From: Candidatus Thalassarchaeum betae
Lineage (GTDB): Archaea; Thermoplasmatota; Poseidoniia; Poseidoniales; Thalassarchaeaceae
Assembly (NCBI GenBank): GCA_003193925.1
Contig: PSPG01000002.1
Location: 32,001-96,000 of the forward strand
DNA length: 64,000 nucleotides
Direction: 5' to 3'
Shown here one piece after another: positions 17,967-28,332 of this stretch. Under the pieces are notes generated by a model that saw only the letters and a program-made list of their open reading frames with translations, did not search any database and was not told where the DNA came from. The position numbers and the translations under genes are program-made. How positions within the stretch are numbered: position 1 is the stretch's first letter; every line of letters begins with the position of its first letter.

Positions 17967-20900
17967 TCAGTCGAAGTCGCTGCACAGCTCGCCCTGACTG
18001 GGAAAGCTGACTGCCGACTTGGGGTTGGTGTTCCACTTGTTCTCGCACTTGTTGAGATACCCGTCGCCGTCCGAGTCGATGTTGGCGTCGGCCGGGTCAA
18101 ACGGATCGAAGCCGAAGTAGTACTCCCATCCTGACCACATGCCGTCGTCGTCCTGGTCCTGGTGATACACCTCCGAGCCATCGAACCACTGATCGCCGTC
18201 TGTATCCGGGTCGACGGGATTCGTCCCGTTCTCGAACTCCTCGTAGTTGGTGAAGTTCTCGAGGTCGTCGTAGAACCTCCTGCCGTTGTCTGTGGTCGGG
18301 TCGATGTGGCACTCGGAGTTCTGCGGGTTGTCCCATCCGGGGCAGTAGCGATACAACAGGTGCGTCCGATTGAGCCCGTCGCCGTCGAAGTCCTCCTGGC
18401 CGTCGTCGATGCCATCGACGTCCGAGTCGAACATCTTCGGGTCCATCGGACCGCGGGCTCCGACGGCGCTCAGGGTGTTGTTGTCGACCAGCCCCAGGCT
18501 GAGTGCTATCTCCGAGTAGTAGACCTCCCAGCCGTCGGGAAGCTTGTCCCCGTCGGTGTCGTCGTCCACTGGGTTGGTGTCCCAGCGGTCAGGGGCCTCG
18601 AGAGAGTTCATGAGTGTGTCATTGTCGATGTCGAAGGCCGAGTCGGGAAGCGAGCCCCATGCCGGGTTGAGGGCCCATCGTCCGCTGGCGGGTACGGTGA
18701 AACCTGACAGGTTCATCTCGTGCAGGAAGTACTTCGGATCCATGTCGCCGTCGCCGTCTCGGTCCCCGGAGGTCGAGAAGCCCGCGAGGTAACTGCTCCA
18801 GACCCAGCCACCGGGCCCGAGTCCACACTCGAGCATCGAATCACAGCCCGGCGGTAGCCAGTCGGTGACGCTGATCCAGAGGCTGTGGCTCTTCGTGTTG
18901 TGCTGGACGGAGAAGACCTGCATCTCCCAGCCATCGGGCTGACCGTCGCCGTCAGTGTCGTTGTTCAGTGGGTTGGTGGCACCCTGCCAAGGCCGTGGGA
19001 TGTTGAGTACCTCGCTACCGTCGAACAGGCCGTCGTCGTCACTGTCGGGGTTGTTGGCGTGGGTGATGTACTGGTCGAGGCCGTCGATGACCTCCTCCCC
19101 GTCGGACAGGCCGTCGAGGTCGGTATCGTGCGAAGAGGCATTGGTGAAGTACACCGAACCGTTCCATACGAAGCCGTCAACGGCCTCGGTGAAGTCCTCG
19201 AGACCGTCACTGTCGGTGTCCCTGTCAGAGGCATTGGTGAAAGTTTCGTAGTACTCGACAGCGTCGGACAAGCCGTCCCTGTCGGTGTCGTAGGCACCCG
19301 GATCGCTCCTTACTAAGACATCCCTCACACCCTGATCGACGATGCGAATGGTCCAGCCGATCACCTCGATGCCGTCGATGAGTCCGTCTCCGTCGGTATC
19401 GGCGACCAGCGGGTCGGTCGAGCGGCCGTCGACGAAGCCATCGCCGTCCCGGTCCCTCGCATTGTACTCGTCGAGGTTGGTGAAGCGCTCGTGCTCCTCG
19501 ACGACTACGGCGAGGTCCTGTAGACGGCTCGTGACCTCCTGGCCGATCTCGACGTTGATGTGGTAGATCCAGCCGGCGATCAGGGTCTTGATCGGGATGT
19601 TGACGTACTGGCTCTCCTGGACAGTCCTGACCCAGAGGATGGTGCTGTTGACCTGCACGTAGTCGCCGATCTCGACCGAGATGGCATGGATGGTGGTCAC
19701 GCCAACGAGCCCTGTGTATCGCACGCCCCCGTCGCCGTCGGCGTCGTAACCGTCGAAGTCGGGGTCGTCGTCAGCGTTGCTGCCGTCGTTCGGATGGATT
19801 CCGCTGAGGTGCTCCCACCCGTCGGGCATGCCGTCACCGTCGGTGTCGAACTCCAGCGGATTGGTGAAGTTCTCCGGACCCCAGGTGTAGGCGACCTCGT
19901 ACTCCTCGACGTTGTTCAGCCCGTCCCCGTCGGGGTCGCCGTAGGCGTCGGTGGCGTTGGCGGGGTTAAGGAAGCGGTCGCCCGAGGAATCGAGGCTGTA
20001 GCAGTACTCGAAGCCGTCGGGCATGCCGTCGCCGTCGGTGTCCCAGTCGCCCGGACCGTTGAGGCGGCCGTCGTTGTCCATGTCCTGCTCGAACCAGGTC
20101 CGGTCGCCGTGGCCGCTCATGTACTCCGTGTACGGCGCTTGCAGGGTCAAGGTGCCGAAGACGGGGACGCCGCAGTGGACGCCCAGTTGGATCTGCCCGT
20201 AGGCGATCTCGTACCTGTCTGCAATGAGGTCGCCGTCGCTGTCCTCCTCGAGCGGGTTGGTGTCGTACCTCTCCTCGACGTAATTGCGCAGACTGTCGGG
20301 TTCGGGCTGCTCGAGGTCCAGCAGGGCATCGCACGAGTGGCCGAACTGGCTGCCCATCTCCTCCCACTCGCTCGAGCCGATGTCCTGCTCGATCTGCCCC
20401 TGGACCTCGGGAGTCAACAGGTAGCAGTCCCAGTTGCCGTCGAGTGGGTCGAGTAGGGTGATTGACCCCGAAGGGGTCTCGATAACGAAGGTGTACTCGG
20501 ACTCCCAGCGGTCATTCAGACCGTCGCCGTCGGTGTCCCTGAGATTGGGATTGGTGCCGAGGAGCATCTCCTCGGTGTTGGTCAGGCCGTCCCGGTCCGG
20601 GTCTCCGAAGGGCCCGTTGTCCGGATTGGGGAAGGTCTCGTTCTGCTCCCCAGTCTCCTCCTCGTTGTCGGGGGAGTTGTGGGATATCTCGCTGAGGTCG
20701 GGCTCGCCGTTGTCCAGGGGATCCAGCCCATTGGCTATCTCCCACCCGTCGTCGAGCCCGTCGCCATCGGTGTCGGCCTCCCTCCAGTCGGTTCCGTAGA
20801 GCGTCTGCTCCATCCTGTCCGGCAGTCCGTCGCCGTCGAAGTCCTCCCCGCCGACGTGGGTGTCGTCGCTGGATACGATGTCCCCCGCTGCTGGTTCGAA

Positions 20901-21011
20901 GCCGCCGGAAGTGGTGGTGGACAGGCCGGCGTCGATGATGGTGTAGAAGCCGGCCAGACACAGCGTCGCTGTGATTGCAAGCACCGCATACTGGTTGTGA
21001 TTCAGAGCCAT
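17967..21011 (-). CDS. membrane-anchored protein with many DxDxDG (thrombospondin type 3-like) Ca-binding repeats
   Basis: N-terminal TM; more than 15 D[TS]DGDG[LM]xDGxE...[DN]P repeats. Confidence 0.88.
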   Translation of the reverse strand: MALNHNQYAVLAITATLCLAGFYTIIDAGLSTTTSGGFEPAAGDIVSSDDTHVGGEDFDGDGLPDRMEQTLYGTDWREADTDGDGLDDGWEIANGLDPLDNGEPDLSEISHNSPDNEEETGEQNETFPNPDNGPFGDPDRDGLTNTEEMLLGTNPNLRDTDGDGLNDRWESEYTFVIETPSGSITLLDPLDGNWDCYLLTPEVQGQIEQDIGSSEWEEMGSQFGHSCDALLDLEQPEPDSLRNYVEERYDTNPLEEDSDGDLIADRYEIAYGQIQLGVHCGVPVFGTLTLQAPYTEYMSGHGDRTWFEQDMDNDGRLNGPGDWDTDGDGMPDGFEYCYSLDSSGDRFLNPANATDAYGDPDGDGLNNVEEYEVAYTWGPENFTNPLEFDTDGDGMPDGWEHLSGIHPNDGSNADDDPDFDGYDADGDGGVRYTGLVGVTTIHAISVEIGDYVQVNSTILWVRTVQESQYVNIPIKTLIAGWIYHINVEIGQEVTSRLQDLAVVVEEHERFTNLDEYNARDRDGDGFVDGRSTDPLVADTDGDGLIDGIEVIGWTIRIVDQGVRDVLVRSDPGAYDTDRDGLSDAVEYYETFTNASDRDTDSDGLEDFTEAVDGFVWNGSVYFTNASSHDTDLDGLSDGEEVIDGLDQYITHANNPDSDDDGLFDGSEVLNIPRPWQGATNPLNNDTDGDGQPDGWEMQVFSVQHNTKSHSLWISVTDWLPPGCDSMLECGLGPGGWVWSSYLAGFSTSGDRDGDGDMDPKYFLHEMNLSGFTVPASGRWALNPAWGSLPDSAFDIDNDTLMNSLEAPDRWDTNPVDDDTDGDKLPDGWEVYYSEIALSLGLVDNNTLSAVGARGPMDPKMFDSDVDGIDDGQEDFDGDGLNRTHLLYRYCPGWDNPQNSECHIDPTTDNGRRFYDDLENFTNYEEFENGTNPVDPDTDGDQWFDGSEVYHQDQDDDGMWSGWEYYFGFDPFDPADANIDSDGDGYLNKCENKWNTNPKSAVSFPSQGELCSDFD

Positions 21012-21093
21012 GGAGGCACATCCGGCCCCAATGGGGCCGTCCGCTTGAATTTGGGTCCGGATATAATGTTTCACGGCAACCGAGCACGGGCAA

Positions 21094-22227
21094 TCATCCC
21101 GCTATCTCCCTCGAAGAGCGTATCTCGAGCGTCAGTCTGCCGTCCTCGAACGAGGTCGAGACGTGTCCATTTCTTCCGTATGCTCGTTCCCAGCAGCCTA
21201 GCAGTACCCCACTTGCGATCGCCGGGTGAAAGACGGACGCGAAGACCAGCCTGACTCCGCCGTGCTCATCCGCCTGCGAGGTACTTTCGATCCCACCGAG
21301 TCCGTGCGAGCTGAGGTGCCGACGAGTGATGCTCACCCAGTCTGAGTGAGCCCGGACGAGGACGTGATGGCCCTCAGAGACGAACCTCTCCCTCGCCGAG
21401 TCGGCGGCTGCCGTCCACCACGTGGAGCGCTTGTCGTCGAGTCCTTCCCATCGATAGTCCTCGTCCCTGCCCTCGTGGACCACATCCAGATAGGGGAGGC
21501 AGTAGTCCTCGAATCGCAGGATGAGGTCGCGGTGCAGGAACATCCTGCGCTCGTTCATTATCGACCAACACCCAGAGGATTCAACTCGCAGATCAGCCCA
21601 CAACTCATCAGTCGACTCTTTGCCGAGATCACAGCCAATCTCCTGATCCCCCCAACTGGGCCTGCGGGGCTTCGGTACGGGGACTTGGGTGTCATCTGGA
21701 GTGAGTGTGATGACCAGTCCCTCACCCGCACTCTCCGACCACAGGAAGCGGTGTCGCTTGCCCGTAGCCCTCTCCCACGCTGCGGCGACCAGCCCCGAGC
21801 AGATCGGGCCCGAGGCAGGGCGGTCGATGAGGATCCGCGTCTCCTCGCCGTCATCTAGGAGCTCGAATCGGCCAAGGCCCCTGGACTCCCAGTCTTGGAT
21901 GGTACTCGACCAAGAAGCGGGGTCGCGTCCAGAAGGAGCGTCCCAGCCCTCGAAACCCATCATGTGCTCCTCGTACTCCATGGCAGCATGTGCTAGGCGA
22001 CGGCCGAGACTCTGCCCGGTCCTCTGTTCGAGCCTCTGGAACCACGACTCGAACCAGCCCACGCCGACTCGCCAAGCGAGCTTGTATGGGTCGTAGTCAC
22101 GAGCCATGTCGCTGTAGGTGCCGTCATCAATCGGCATCCATCTGAGTTTCATTTGGTTTTCGGGGGACAACGGATCTCCGTAGAAGTGCTTGAGGAAGAA
22201 GTTCCCGAGGGCATCGAACAGGCCCAT
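21094..22227 (-). CDS. hypothetical protein with two V4R-like repeats
   Basis: Duplicated GLG..E...SG[LV][VL]xxxWERAxG motif. Confidence 0.7.
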   Translation of the reverse strand: MGLFDALGNFFLKHFYGDPLSPENQMKLRWMPIDDGTYSDMARDYDPYKLAWRVGVGWFESWFQRLEQRTGQSLGRRLAHAAMEYEEHMMGFEGWDAPSGRDPASWSSTIQDWESRGLGRFELLDDGEETRILIDRPASGPICSGLVAAAWERATGKRHRFLWSESAGEGLVITLTPDDTQVPVPKPRRPSWGDQEIGCDLGKESTDELWADLRVESSGCWSIMNERRMFLHRDLILRFEDYCLPYLDVVHEGRDEDYRWEGLDDKRSTWWTAAADSARERFVSEGHHVLVRAHSDWVSITRRHLSSHGLGGIESTSQADEHGGVRLVFASVFHPAIASGVLLGCWERAYGRNGHVSTSFEDGRLTLEIRSSREIAG

Positions 22228-22229
22228 GC

Positions 22230-23432
22230 TCAGCCCCGCAGAAACGCTTCGATGCGATCGAAGGCCTCGGCGAGGACCTCGACGGGCGGCAGGCACACCA
22301 TCCTGAAGTGGCCCTGTCCGAACTCAGGCGAGAAGCCCGAGCCATGGACGAGCAGGACGTGGTACTGGTGCAGCAGGTCGAGCACGAAGCGCTTGTCGTC
22401 CGCGGCCATCTTGGGGTTGGTGATGCTGACGAACAGGTAGAACGCGCCGCCCGGTGCCTCGCAGTCCAGCCCTTCGATGGTCTCGATCCTGTCCAGGCAG
22501 TAGTCCATCCTCTTCCTGATTGTGGCACGATGCCCCTCCAGCCAGCCGGTGTCGTCGGTCAAGCCCGCGAGGAAGCCGTGCTGTGCTGGCGTGGAAGCGC
22601 AGAGTCGGCTGCGGAGCAGCCGCTCGACACCATCGCGAACAAGTTCCAGCCTTCCCTGAGGGTCATGCCAAGCCATGTAGCCGACCCTCCAGCCGGGTGC
22701 GAAGTAGACCTTGGAGGCCCCGTTGAGTACGATGACCGGTACTTCTTCCGAGCGTGAGGCCACCGAGCACTGCTGGCCAGTGAAGTCCAGTCCGTCGTAA
22801 ATCTCGTCGGCGATGATGGTGCACTTGGGCCATAGGCTCGCAATCTCGATGAGCGCGTCGACCTCCTCGGGGGTGGCGACGTTGCCTGTCGGGTTGTTGG
22901 GGTTGATCAGGACCAGCAGGCGGACGCTGTCGTCCATCTTCGCGCTGATGTCGTCGAGGTCGATGCGCCAGCCGTCGTCCGGGTCCAGCCGGTACTCCAC
23001 GGTCGTTCCCCCGTACATCTGCGGGTAGGCCATGTAGGGAGGGTAGTGCGGCCCAGGTGCGAGGACGGTGTCGCCCTCTTCGAGGAAGGCTGCGAAGATG
23101 ATCTGCAGGGCCTCGGTGACGCCGTGTGTGACATAGACGTCATCAGTCGAGCAGTCCCATCCTTTCGAGCGCTCTCTGGAGGTTATGGCGTGGCGCAGTT
23201 CTGGTATTCCATAAGACGGGCCGTAGCCGTTGTCCTGCCGGTCAAGAGCCGCCTTGAAGGCGGTGACCATGTGGTCTGGAGTGGGCAATCCGTCGTAGGC
23301 CAGCGGGTCACCGATGTTGAGTCGGATTATCTCGTGGCCCTGTGCCTCGAGCTCGACGGCGGGAACCACGACGTCTCGGATGGCGTACTCTATCGCGGCG
23401 GCGCGAGCCGAGACATCAACCTGTTCGACCAC
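22230..23432 (-). CDS. PLP-dependent aminotransferase class I/II (alanine aminotransferase-like)
   Basis: YAIR, LNIGDP, INPNNPTG, DEIY, SKVY..PGWRVG. Confidence 0.92.
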   Translation of the reverse strand: MVEQVDVSARAAAIEYAIRDVVVPAVELEAQGHEIIRLNIGDPLAYDGLPTPDHMVTAFKAALDRQDNGYGPSYGIPELRHAITSRERSKGWDCSTDDVYVTHGVTEALQIIFAAFLEEGDTVLAPGPHYPPYMAYPQMYGGTTVEYRLDPDDGWRIDLDDISAKMDDSVRLLVLINPNNPTGNVATPEEVDALIEIASLWPKCTIIADEIYDGLDFTGQQCSVASRSEEVPVIVLNGASKVYFAPGWRVGYMAWHDPQGRLELVRDGVERLLRSRLCASTPAQHGFLAGLTDDTGWLEGHRATIRKRMDYCLDRIETIEGLDCEAPGGAFYLFVSITNPKMAADDKRFVLDLLHQYHVLLVHGSGFSPEFGQGHFRMVCLPPVEVLAEAFDRIEAFLRG

Positions 23433-23507
23433 GCTCGTGCGTGATGCGGTTCGGCCATCAAATCGACGGATGAACAAAGTCAAGCCCGGGCCCTCTCAGG
23501 GGCCGGA

Positions 23508-23885
23508 GTGGGCGAGGACCCGGGAACTTTGTCGAAACTGACCGCACTCGGCTTGGTGCCGATGGGCATAGTGCTCTCTGCGGTGCTCTTCGAGATGCCA
23601 GCTGACGGGCAGCAGAGGTTCACGATGGCCATCTTCTCTCTCGTAGTGATCATGCCGCTGTGCGCGGCATTCAGTCTGGTGCTGAAACTGAGGCACTGGG
23701 GCTTGGAACACGGCACACGACCGAAGTGGATGCCTAGGTCAAGGGTCTGGCATTTACTGGCAATGCTGGTGTTGTTCGCGCTCCTCGCCCTGATGATTAC
23801 CTCCCAGGGGGACGTGCTGGGTTTCCACGGGATGCTGGGCGCATGGCTCGTGATCTGGATTACCGCATACCGGCTGATTAACTGA
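23508..23885 (+). CDS. small membrane protein (about 4 TM)
   Basis: Four hydrophobic segments; fills gap between genes. Confidence 0.65.
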   Translation: MGEDPGTLSKLTALGLVPMGIVLSAVLFEMPADGQQRFTMAIFSLVVIMPLCAAFSLVLKLRHWGLEHGTRPKWMPRSRVWHLLAMLVLFALLALMITSQGDVLGFHGMLGAWLVIWITAYRLIN

Positions 23886-26754
23886 TACCTAGCAACGAGC
23901 GCGCTGCATCGAGCGCGGCCGGGATGCCATCGGGCTTCGAGCCGCCGCCTTGGGCGATGGTGGGCCTGCCGCCGCCCGCTCCCCCGATGTGACCTGCTAT
24001 CGCATTGAGGATCTCGACGGCGTTGTGGCGCTCTGCTGCGACACTGCCCTCGGTGGAGGCGACTATGAGGGTCCCTCCGCCCTCTCTGCTGCCTAGCACT
24101 GCGAGGGTCGGCGTGGATGCGTCGCGAGTCAGCTCTCCGAGCATCGCCATCATCTGCTTGGCATCCCCTCCGGATTCCATCACCACGTACCTGACGCCCT
24201 CCTTCTCGACCGCAGCATCACCGCCGCCATCGGTCCGCAATCTCACGATCTCGGCCTCCAGAGATTCGATGCGCTTCTGCTGCGACTTCCACTCGCCGAA
24301 GAAGCGCGAGACGGTGCGCGGCAGGTCGTCCGGCTGCACCCCGAGGATCTCTGAGGCGTCACCGAGAAGGCGCTCCTGGCGCCGGGTGTGCTCGCGTGCC
24401 GTCCCCCCTGCCACGATCTGCAGACGCTCCACTCCGTCTTGGACTTGACTCGACCTGATGATGAGTAACTCCCCGATTTCGCCGGCTTCGTCATGGTGCG
24501 TGCCCCCGCATGCCTGGGTGTCGTAGTCGCCGATCTTGATGATGCGAATCTGGCTGTGCTTGGGCGGTCCGCCCTGATAGATGTCGAAGCCGAAGGTGGC
24601 GTCGGCGTCCGCTCTATCCATCACCAGCTTCTCGATCCCAGGATTCGCCTCGACGATCTCGTTCGCCCTGTCCTCGATGGTGTCGAGGACCTCCCTGGTG
24701 AGTCTAGAGTGGTGGGTGATGTCCAGCCTCGCGTAGCGTGCGCCCTTGTTCGAGCCGGCCTGCCAAACATGGGGGCCGAGGACCTCTCTGGCGGAGCCGC
24801 CGACGATATGGACCGCCGTGTGGTGGTCCATCAGCTGCTTGCGGCGCTCCCAGTCGACAACCCCCCTGGCTGAGCCCCCCTCAAGTGGGGCGTCGGTGAG
24901 ATGCAGGATTACACCGTTCTCGACCCGGGTGTCGACCACGTTGGCGGCGGCGCCGTTCTGAGCCAGCATGCCTTGGTCACCGAGTTGCCCGCCCCCCTCG
25001 GGATAGAACAGGGTCCGATCTAGAACCACGGCGTGCGTAGGTACTCCGAAGACCTCGCTAGAGAGGTTCAGAGATTCTACCTCCTCGCTTGACAGAGGGG
25101 CGCAGTGCAGCACTTCGGCAGTGAACTCGGTGGCGCTGGTGTCGGCGTAGTAGTCAGGTGAGGTAGCGGGCAGCGCTGCCACCTCGAAGACGCTGTCCAT
25201 GGCCTTCGCCTTGGCCGCCACCTTGGTCATCTGCGCGTTGCGGGCAGCCATGTCGGCTGCGAACCCGACGCGCACGGACAGGCCCTCCCAGCCGAGCTCG
25301 TGCGCTATCGAGACGACCATGTCGGGATTGAGGCCTCTCTCCTCAGCGAGGCGAAACAGGGTCTCGTCAGGAGCCATGGCGACGTCCTTGGGAAGCGACT
25401 TGAGGGCGGTACGCACCGCTGCCTCACCTTTCCTCAGCATCTCGTGGTAGCGCACCTCCTCGAGCTCGAGTATCCTCAGTACGCCCTCGCGCGACTGCAC
25501 GAACGAGCCCATGTCGAGATGGGTGTCCATGTGGTGCGCGCCCAAGTCAGCGAGACTGATGGACGCGCCGAGGTCGTCCTTCATGCGGCAGACGCGGCGG
25601 GCCAGCATGCGAGCCAGGTAGCCGGCCTTGGAATTGCTCGGCACTAGGCCGTCGCCCAGCATGTTGCACAGAGCGTGCATGTGATCTGGTATGGCGTAGA
25701 TCGAGGACAGCGGCTCAGTCACTTGTTTCAACTCGTCAACGGAGAGATTGATACCGGTCTCGTAGAGTCGTTCGACCAACTTGTCGTACAGTGCTTCGAC
25801 ATCGGTTCCGACATCGATGTTGAGTATCCCGGCGAGCCTCGAGAGCTCGCCCAGCAGCGAGTCGATGCCGACCGCCATCCCGAGGGAGGATGCCATCGAG
25901 TCGAAGCCGCTCAGCTCCTTGAGCCAAGCCACCGACTCGGGGTAGATTGCCTCGTAGATGGTAGGGGTACCGGCGGCGGCCCAGCAGAATCTCTCGAGGC
26001 CGTAGCCGGTGTCGATGATCTGCAGGTCCATCTCCCTGTATCGCAGGCCCTTGATCTCGATGTCGCCGTCATCGGCCTCCTCGAGGTTCATGAAGACGAG
26101 CGTGGCGAGCTCCAGCCCGCCCACTATGACCTCCAATGCTGGTCCGGCGTTGCCGCCTCCAGACCAGGGGCTCTCGACGTAGGTGAGTTCCTTGGGATCG
26201 ATGCCCAATGAATCGACGAGCATCTCGTCGCAATAGCGAACGCACTGGTCGATCCAGTAGACGACATCGTTGTCCCCAGGCCTGTTGAAAGCGTGGTGCG
26301 CCATCATCTCGAATGCCGAGAGATGCCTTCCAGAACGGCCTACTGCGGCCAGGTCTGTCAGCCTGATGCACGGCTGACTGATACCTAGGGGGTTGGCCGG
26401 CGGCGGAACTTGGCCGCTGGTGACATGAGGCTGGAAGTCAGCTATGCTGGCGATGGTCAGGTGGATGTCGTCGCGCCATCTGGCGATGATCGGGTACGGC
26501 TCCACTCTCGTGTGACCGTGCTTGTCGAAGAAATCGAGGAAAGCTTCCCTCATGGCGTCCTTCAGGGCTTTCCCAAGCATCGGAAAGCCCTCGATGACCG
26601 GGTTGCCGATGAAAGTGTACGGGTCCTCGGTCGAATCACCGCACGTAGTGCGGCTCTCGTCCCTTGTCCAGAAGCGGACTCCGGTCACCCGGCAAGTCTT
26701 GCAGATGTGTCCCGACTCCTCCCAGAAGGGGATGTGAATCTCGCCGAACGCCAT
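23878..26754 (-). CDS. alaS: alanine--tRNA ligase (archaeal type)
   Basis: TIASIADFQP, FEMMAHHAFN, IDTGYGLER, HHTAVH and ACGGTH editing motifs, GGG-rich C-Ala domain. Confidence 0.98.
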   Translation of the reverse strand: MAFGEIHIPFWEESGHICKTCRVTGVRFWTRDESRTTCGDSTEDPYTFIGNPVIEGFPMLGKALKDAMREAFLDFFDKHGHTRVEPYPIIARWRDDIHLTIASIADFQPHVTSGQVPPPANPLGISQPCIRLTDLAAVGRSGRHLSAFEMMAHHAFNRPGDNDVVYWIDQCVRYCDEMLVDSLGIDPKELTYVESPWSGGGNAGPALEVIVGGLELATLVFMNLEEADDGDIEIKGLRYREMDLQIIDTGYGLERFCWAAAGTPTIYEAIYPESVAWLKELSGFDSMASSLGMAVGIDSLLGELSRLAGILNIDVGTDVEALYDKLVERLYETGINLSVDELKQVTEPLSSIYAIPDHMHALCNMLGDGLVPSNSKAGYLARMLARRVCRMKDDLGASISLADLGAHHMDTHLDMGSFVQSREGVLRILELEEVRYHEMLRKGEAAVRTALKSLPKDVAMAPDETLFRLAEERGLNPDMVVSIAHELGWEGLSVRVGFAADMAARNAQMTKVAAKAKAMDSVFEVAALPATSPDYYADTSATEFTAEVLHCAPLSSEEVESLNLSSEVFGVPTHAVVLDRTLFYPEGGGQLGDQGMLAQNGAAANVVDTRVENGVILHLTDAPLEGGSARGVVDWERRKQLMDHHTAVHIVGGSAREVLGPHVWQAGSNKGARYARLDITHHSRLTREVLDTIEDRANEIVEANPGIEKLVMDRADADATFGFDIYQGGPPKHSQIRIIKIGDYDTQACGGTHHDEAGEIGELLIIRSSQVQDGVERLQIVAGGTAREHTRRQERLLGDASEILGVQPDDLPRTVSRFFGEWKSQQKRIESLEAEIVRLRTDGGGDAAVEKEGVRYVVMESGGDAKQMMAMLGELTRDASTPTLAVLGSREGGGTLIVASTEGSVAAERHNAVEILNAIAGHIGGAGGGRPTIAQGGGSKPDGIPAALDAARSLLGIS

Positions 26755-26859
26755 GCTACCGCGCCTTACCTGCGCTCGAGCCATCGGACAGGCGGTCTTG
26801 AAGGCAATTGTACGAGAGACGCCCGTTGCGTTGAAAGCGAGAGCGCAACAGGGTTGCCC

Positions 26860-28332
26860 ATGACGGCTGAGTGGAGGGATTTCCTAGAGTCTGATGGCCC
26901 AGGAAGGATGCGTATCTCGAGGCATGGGGACATGCTGACTGACGCCATACTGATCGCTGATGAGCGGCACATGTCCGAGCACTCGGACGACCGCTCGCCC
27001 GGGCAACTGGTCAACACCGCTGCCCTGCCCGGAATCGTCGGCGAGGCCTGGGGAATGGCGGACTGGCACTTCGGGTACGGTTTTCCTATTGGCGGAGTCG
27101 TCGCCACGGACATCGAGGCAGGCGAGCAGGGGGGCGCCATCTCTCCGGGAGGTGTCGGCTTCGACATCAACTGCGGAGTCAGGCTCTGCGCCACCGAGAT
27201 GAGCATCTCCGACCTCGATCCCAAGCGACTCGCAGCGAGGCTATCGCGCTCGATCCCAGCGGGAGCCACCTCCAAGGGCGGCGTCAGCCTCGGCGATGGC
27301 GAGATGGAGGCCGTCCTGTCCGAAGGCGCCGGCGCTGCCGTCGAACTGGGTTGGGGCGAGGCCCGGGACCTCGATGCCATCGAATCGAACGGCCGCCTCG
27401 ACAGCGAGGAGAGGGCTGTGAGCGAGCGAGCCATGAAACGCGGCTCCACCGCACTGGGAACGCTCGGCTCTGGCAACCACTTCCTAGAGCTCCAGGTCGT
27501 AGAACGCGTCGTCGACGATGCTGCTGCGGCCGCCTACGGTCTGAGGGAGGGACAGGTCACAGCGATGATCCACACCGGCTCGAGGGGGCTAGGACATCAG
27601 GTCTGCTCCGAGCACGTCGCTGCCATCGAGTCGAAGTATCGCAAGGCAGGGAGCGCTTGGCATTCACCCGAGTGGGGAATCACGCTAGCAGACCGGCAAC
27701 TCGCAGCCGCGCCGATCCACAGCCCCGCAGGGGCTGCTTACCTCGATGCGATGAGCGCGGCTGGCAACTACGCATTCGCCAACCGCTCGGCACTGACCCA
27801 GCGTCTGCGCAACGTGCTGCGCGAGCAATACGGCCAAGACGGCGATCTCGAGGTGGTCTACGACGTCTGTCACAACATCGCCAAGATCGAAGATCACATG
27901 GTGCACGGGGTGAGTTGCAGGTGCTGCGTCCACCGCAAGGGAGCCACTCGGGCACTGGGTGGGGACCATCCCGAGCTCGCCTCTAGGTTCTCCGGGATCG
28001 GCCAGCCGGTCCTCGTGCCGGGGGACATGGGAACCGCTTCGTGGGTCCTAGCGGGTCCTGCGAGGGGGGCCAACGACGCCTTCGCCTCGTCGTGCCACGG
28101 CGCGGGACGCCGCTTGTCTCGCACGGCTGCTCGCAAGAGAATCGACTCGGTCTCGCTCAGGGAGACGCTGGAGTCAAAGGGCATCCACGTCCATGCCAAG
28201 ACCCCCAACGTGCTCTCTGAGGAGGCTCCGGACGCCTACAAGGACGTGGACGAGGTGGTCCGCCTCACTGCGGAGGCCGGGCTGGCGAGACCGGTCGCAC
28301 GTCTGAGGCCGATAGCCGTGATCAAGGGCTAG
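26860..28332 (+). CDS. rtcB: RNA-splicing ligase RtcB
   Basis: DWHFGYGFPIG, GFDINCG, GSGNHF, HTGSRG, HRKGAT, CHGAGR, YKD. Confidence 0.97.
   Translation: MTAEWRDFLESDGPGRMRISRHGDMLTDAILIADERHMSEHSDDRSPGQLVNTAALPGIVGEAWGMADWHFGYGFPIGGVVATDIEAGEQGGAISPGGVGFDINCGVRLCATEMSISDLDPKRLAARLSRSIPAGATSKGGVSLGDGEMEAVLSEGAGAAVELGWGEARDLDAIESNGRLDSEERAVSERAMKRGSTALGTLGSGNHFLELQVVERVVDDAAAAAYGLREGQVTAMIHTGSRGLGHQVCSEHVAAIESKYRKAGSAWHSPEWGITLADRQLAAAPIHSPAGAAYLDAMSAAGNYAFANRSALTQRLRNVLREQYGQDGDLEVVYDVCHNIAKIEDHMVHGVSCRCCVHRKGATRALGGDHPELASRFSGIGQPVLVPGDMGTASWVLAGPARGANDAFASSCHGAGRRLSRTAARKRIDSVSLRETLESKGIHVHAKTPNVLSEEAPDAYKDVDEVVRLTAEAGLARPVARLRPIAVIKG

Noticed and set aside
17967-21011. Recurrent gccgtcgccgtcggtgtc-like DNA repeats suggesting an array
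   Set aside because: Degenerate and in frame; they encode DTDGDG peptide repeats and have no CRISPR repeat-spacer regularity
26410-26859. Apparent N-terminal extension of RtcB, and similar extensions on ribA, archease, dtdA, rpoE', HVO_0476-like and HD ORFs
   Set aside because: Artefacts of longest-ORF calling; they overlap neighbouring genes or leaders and homology starts later
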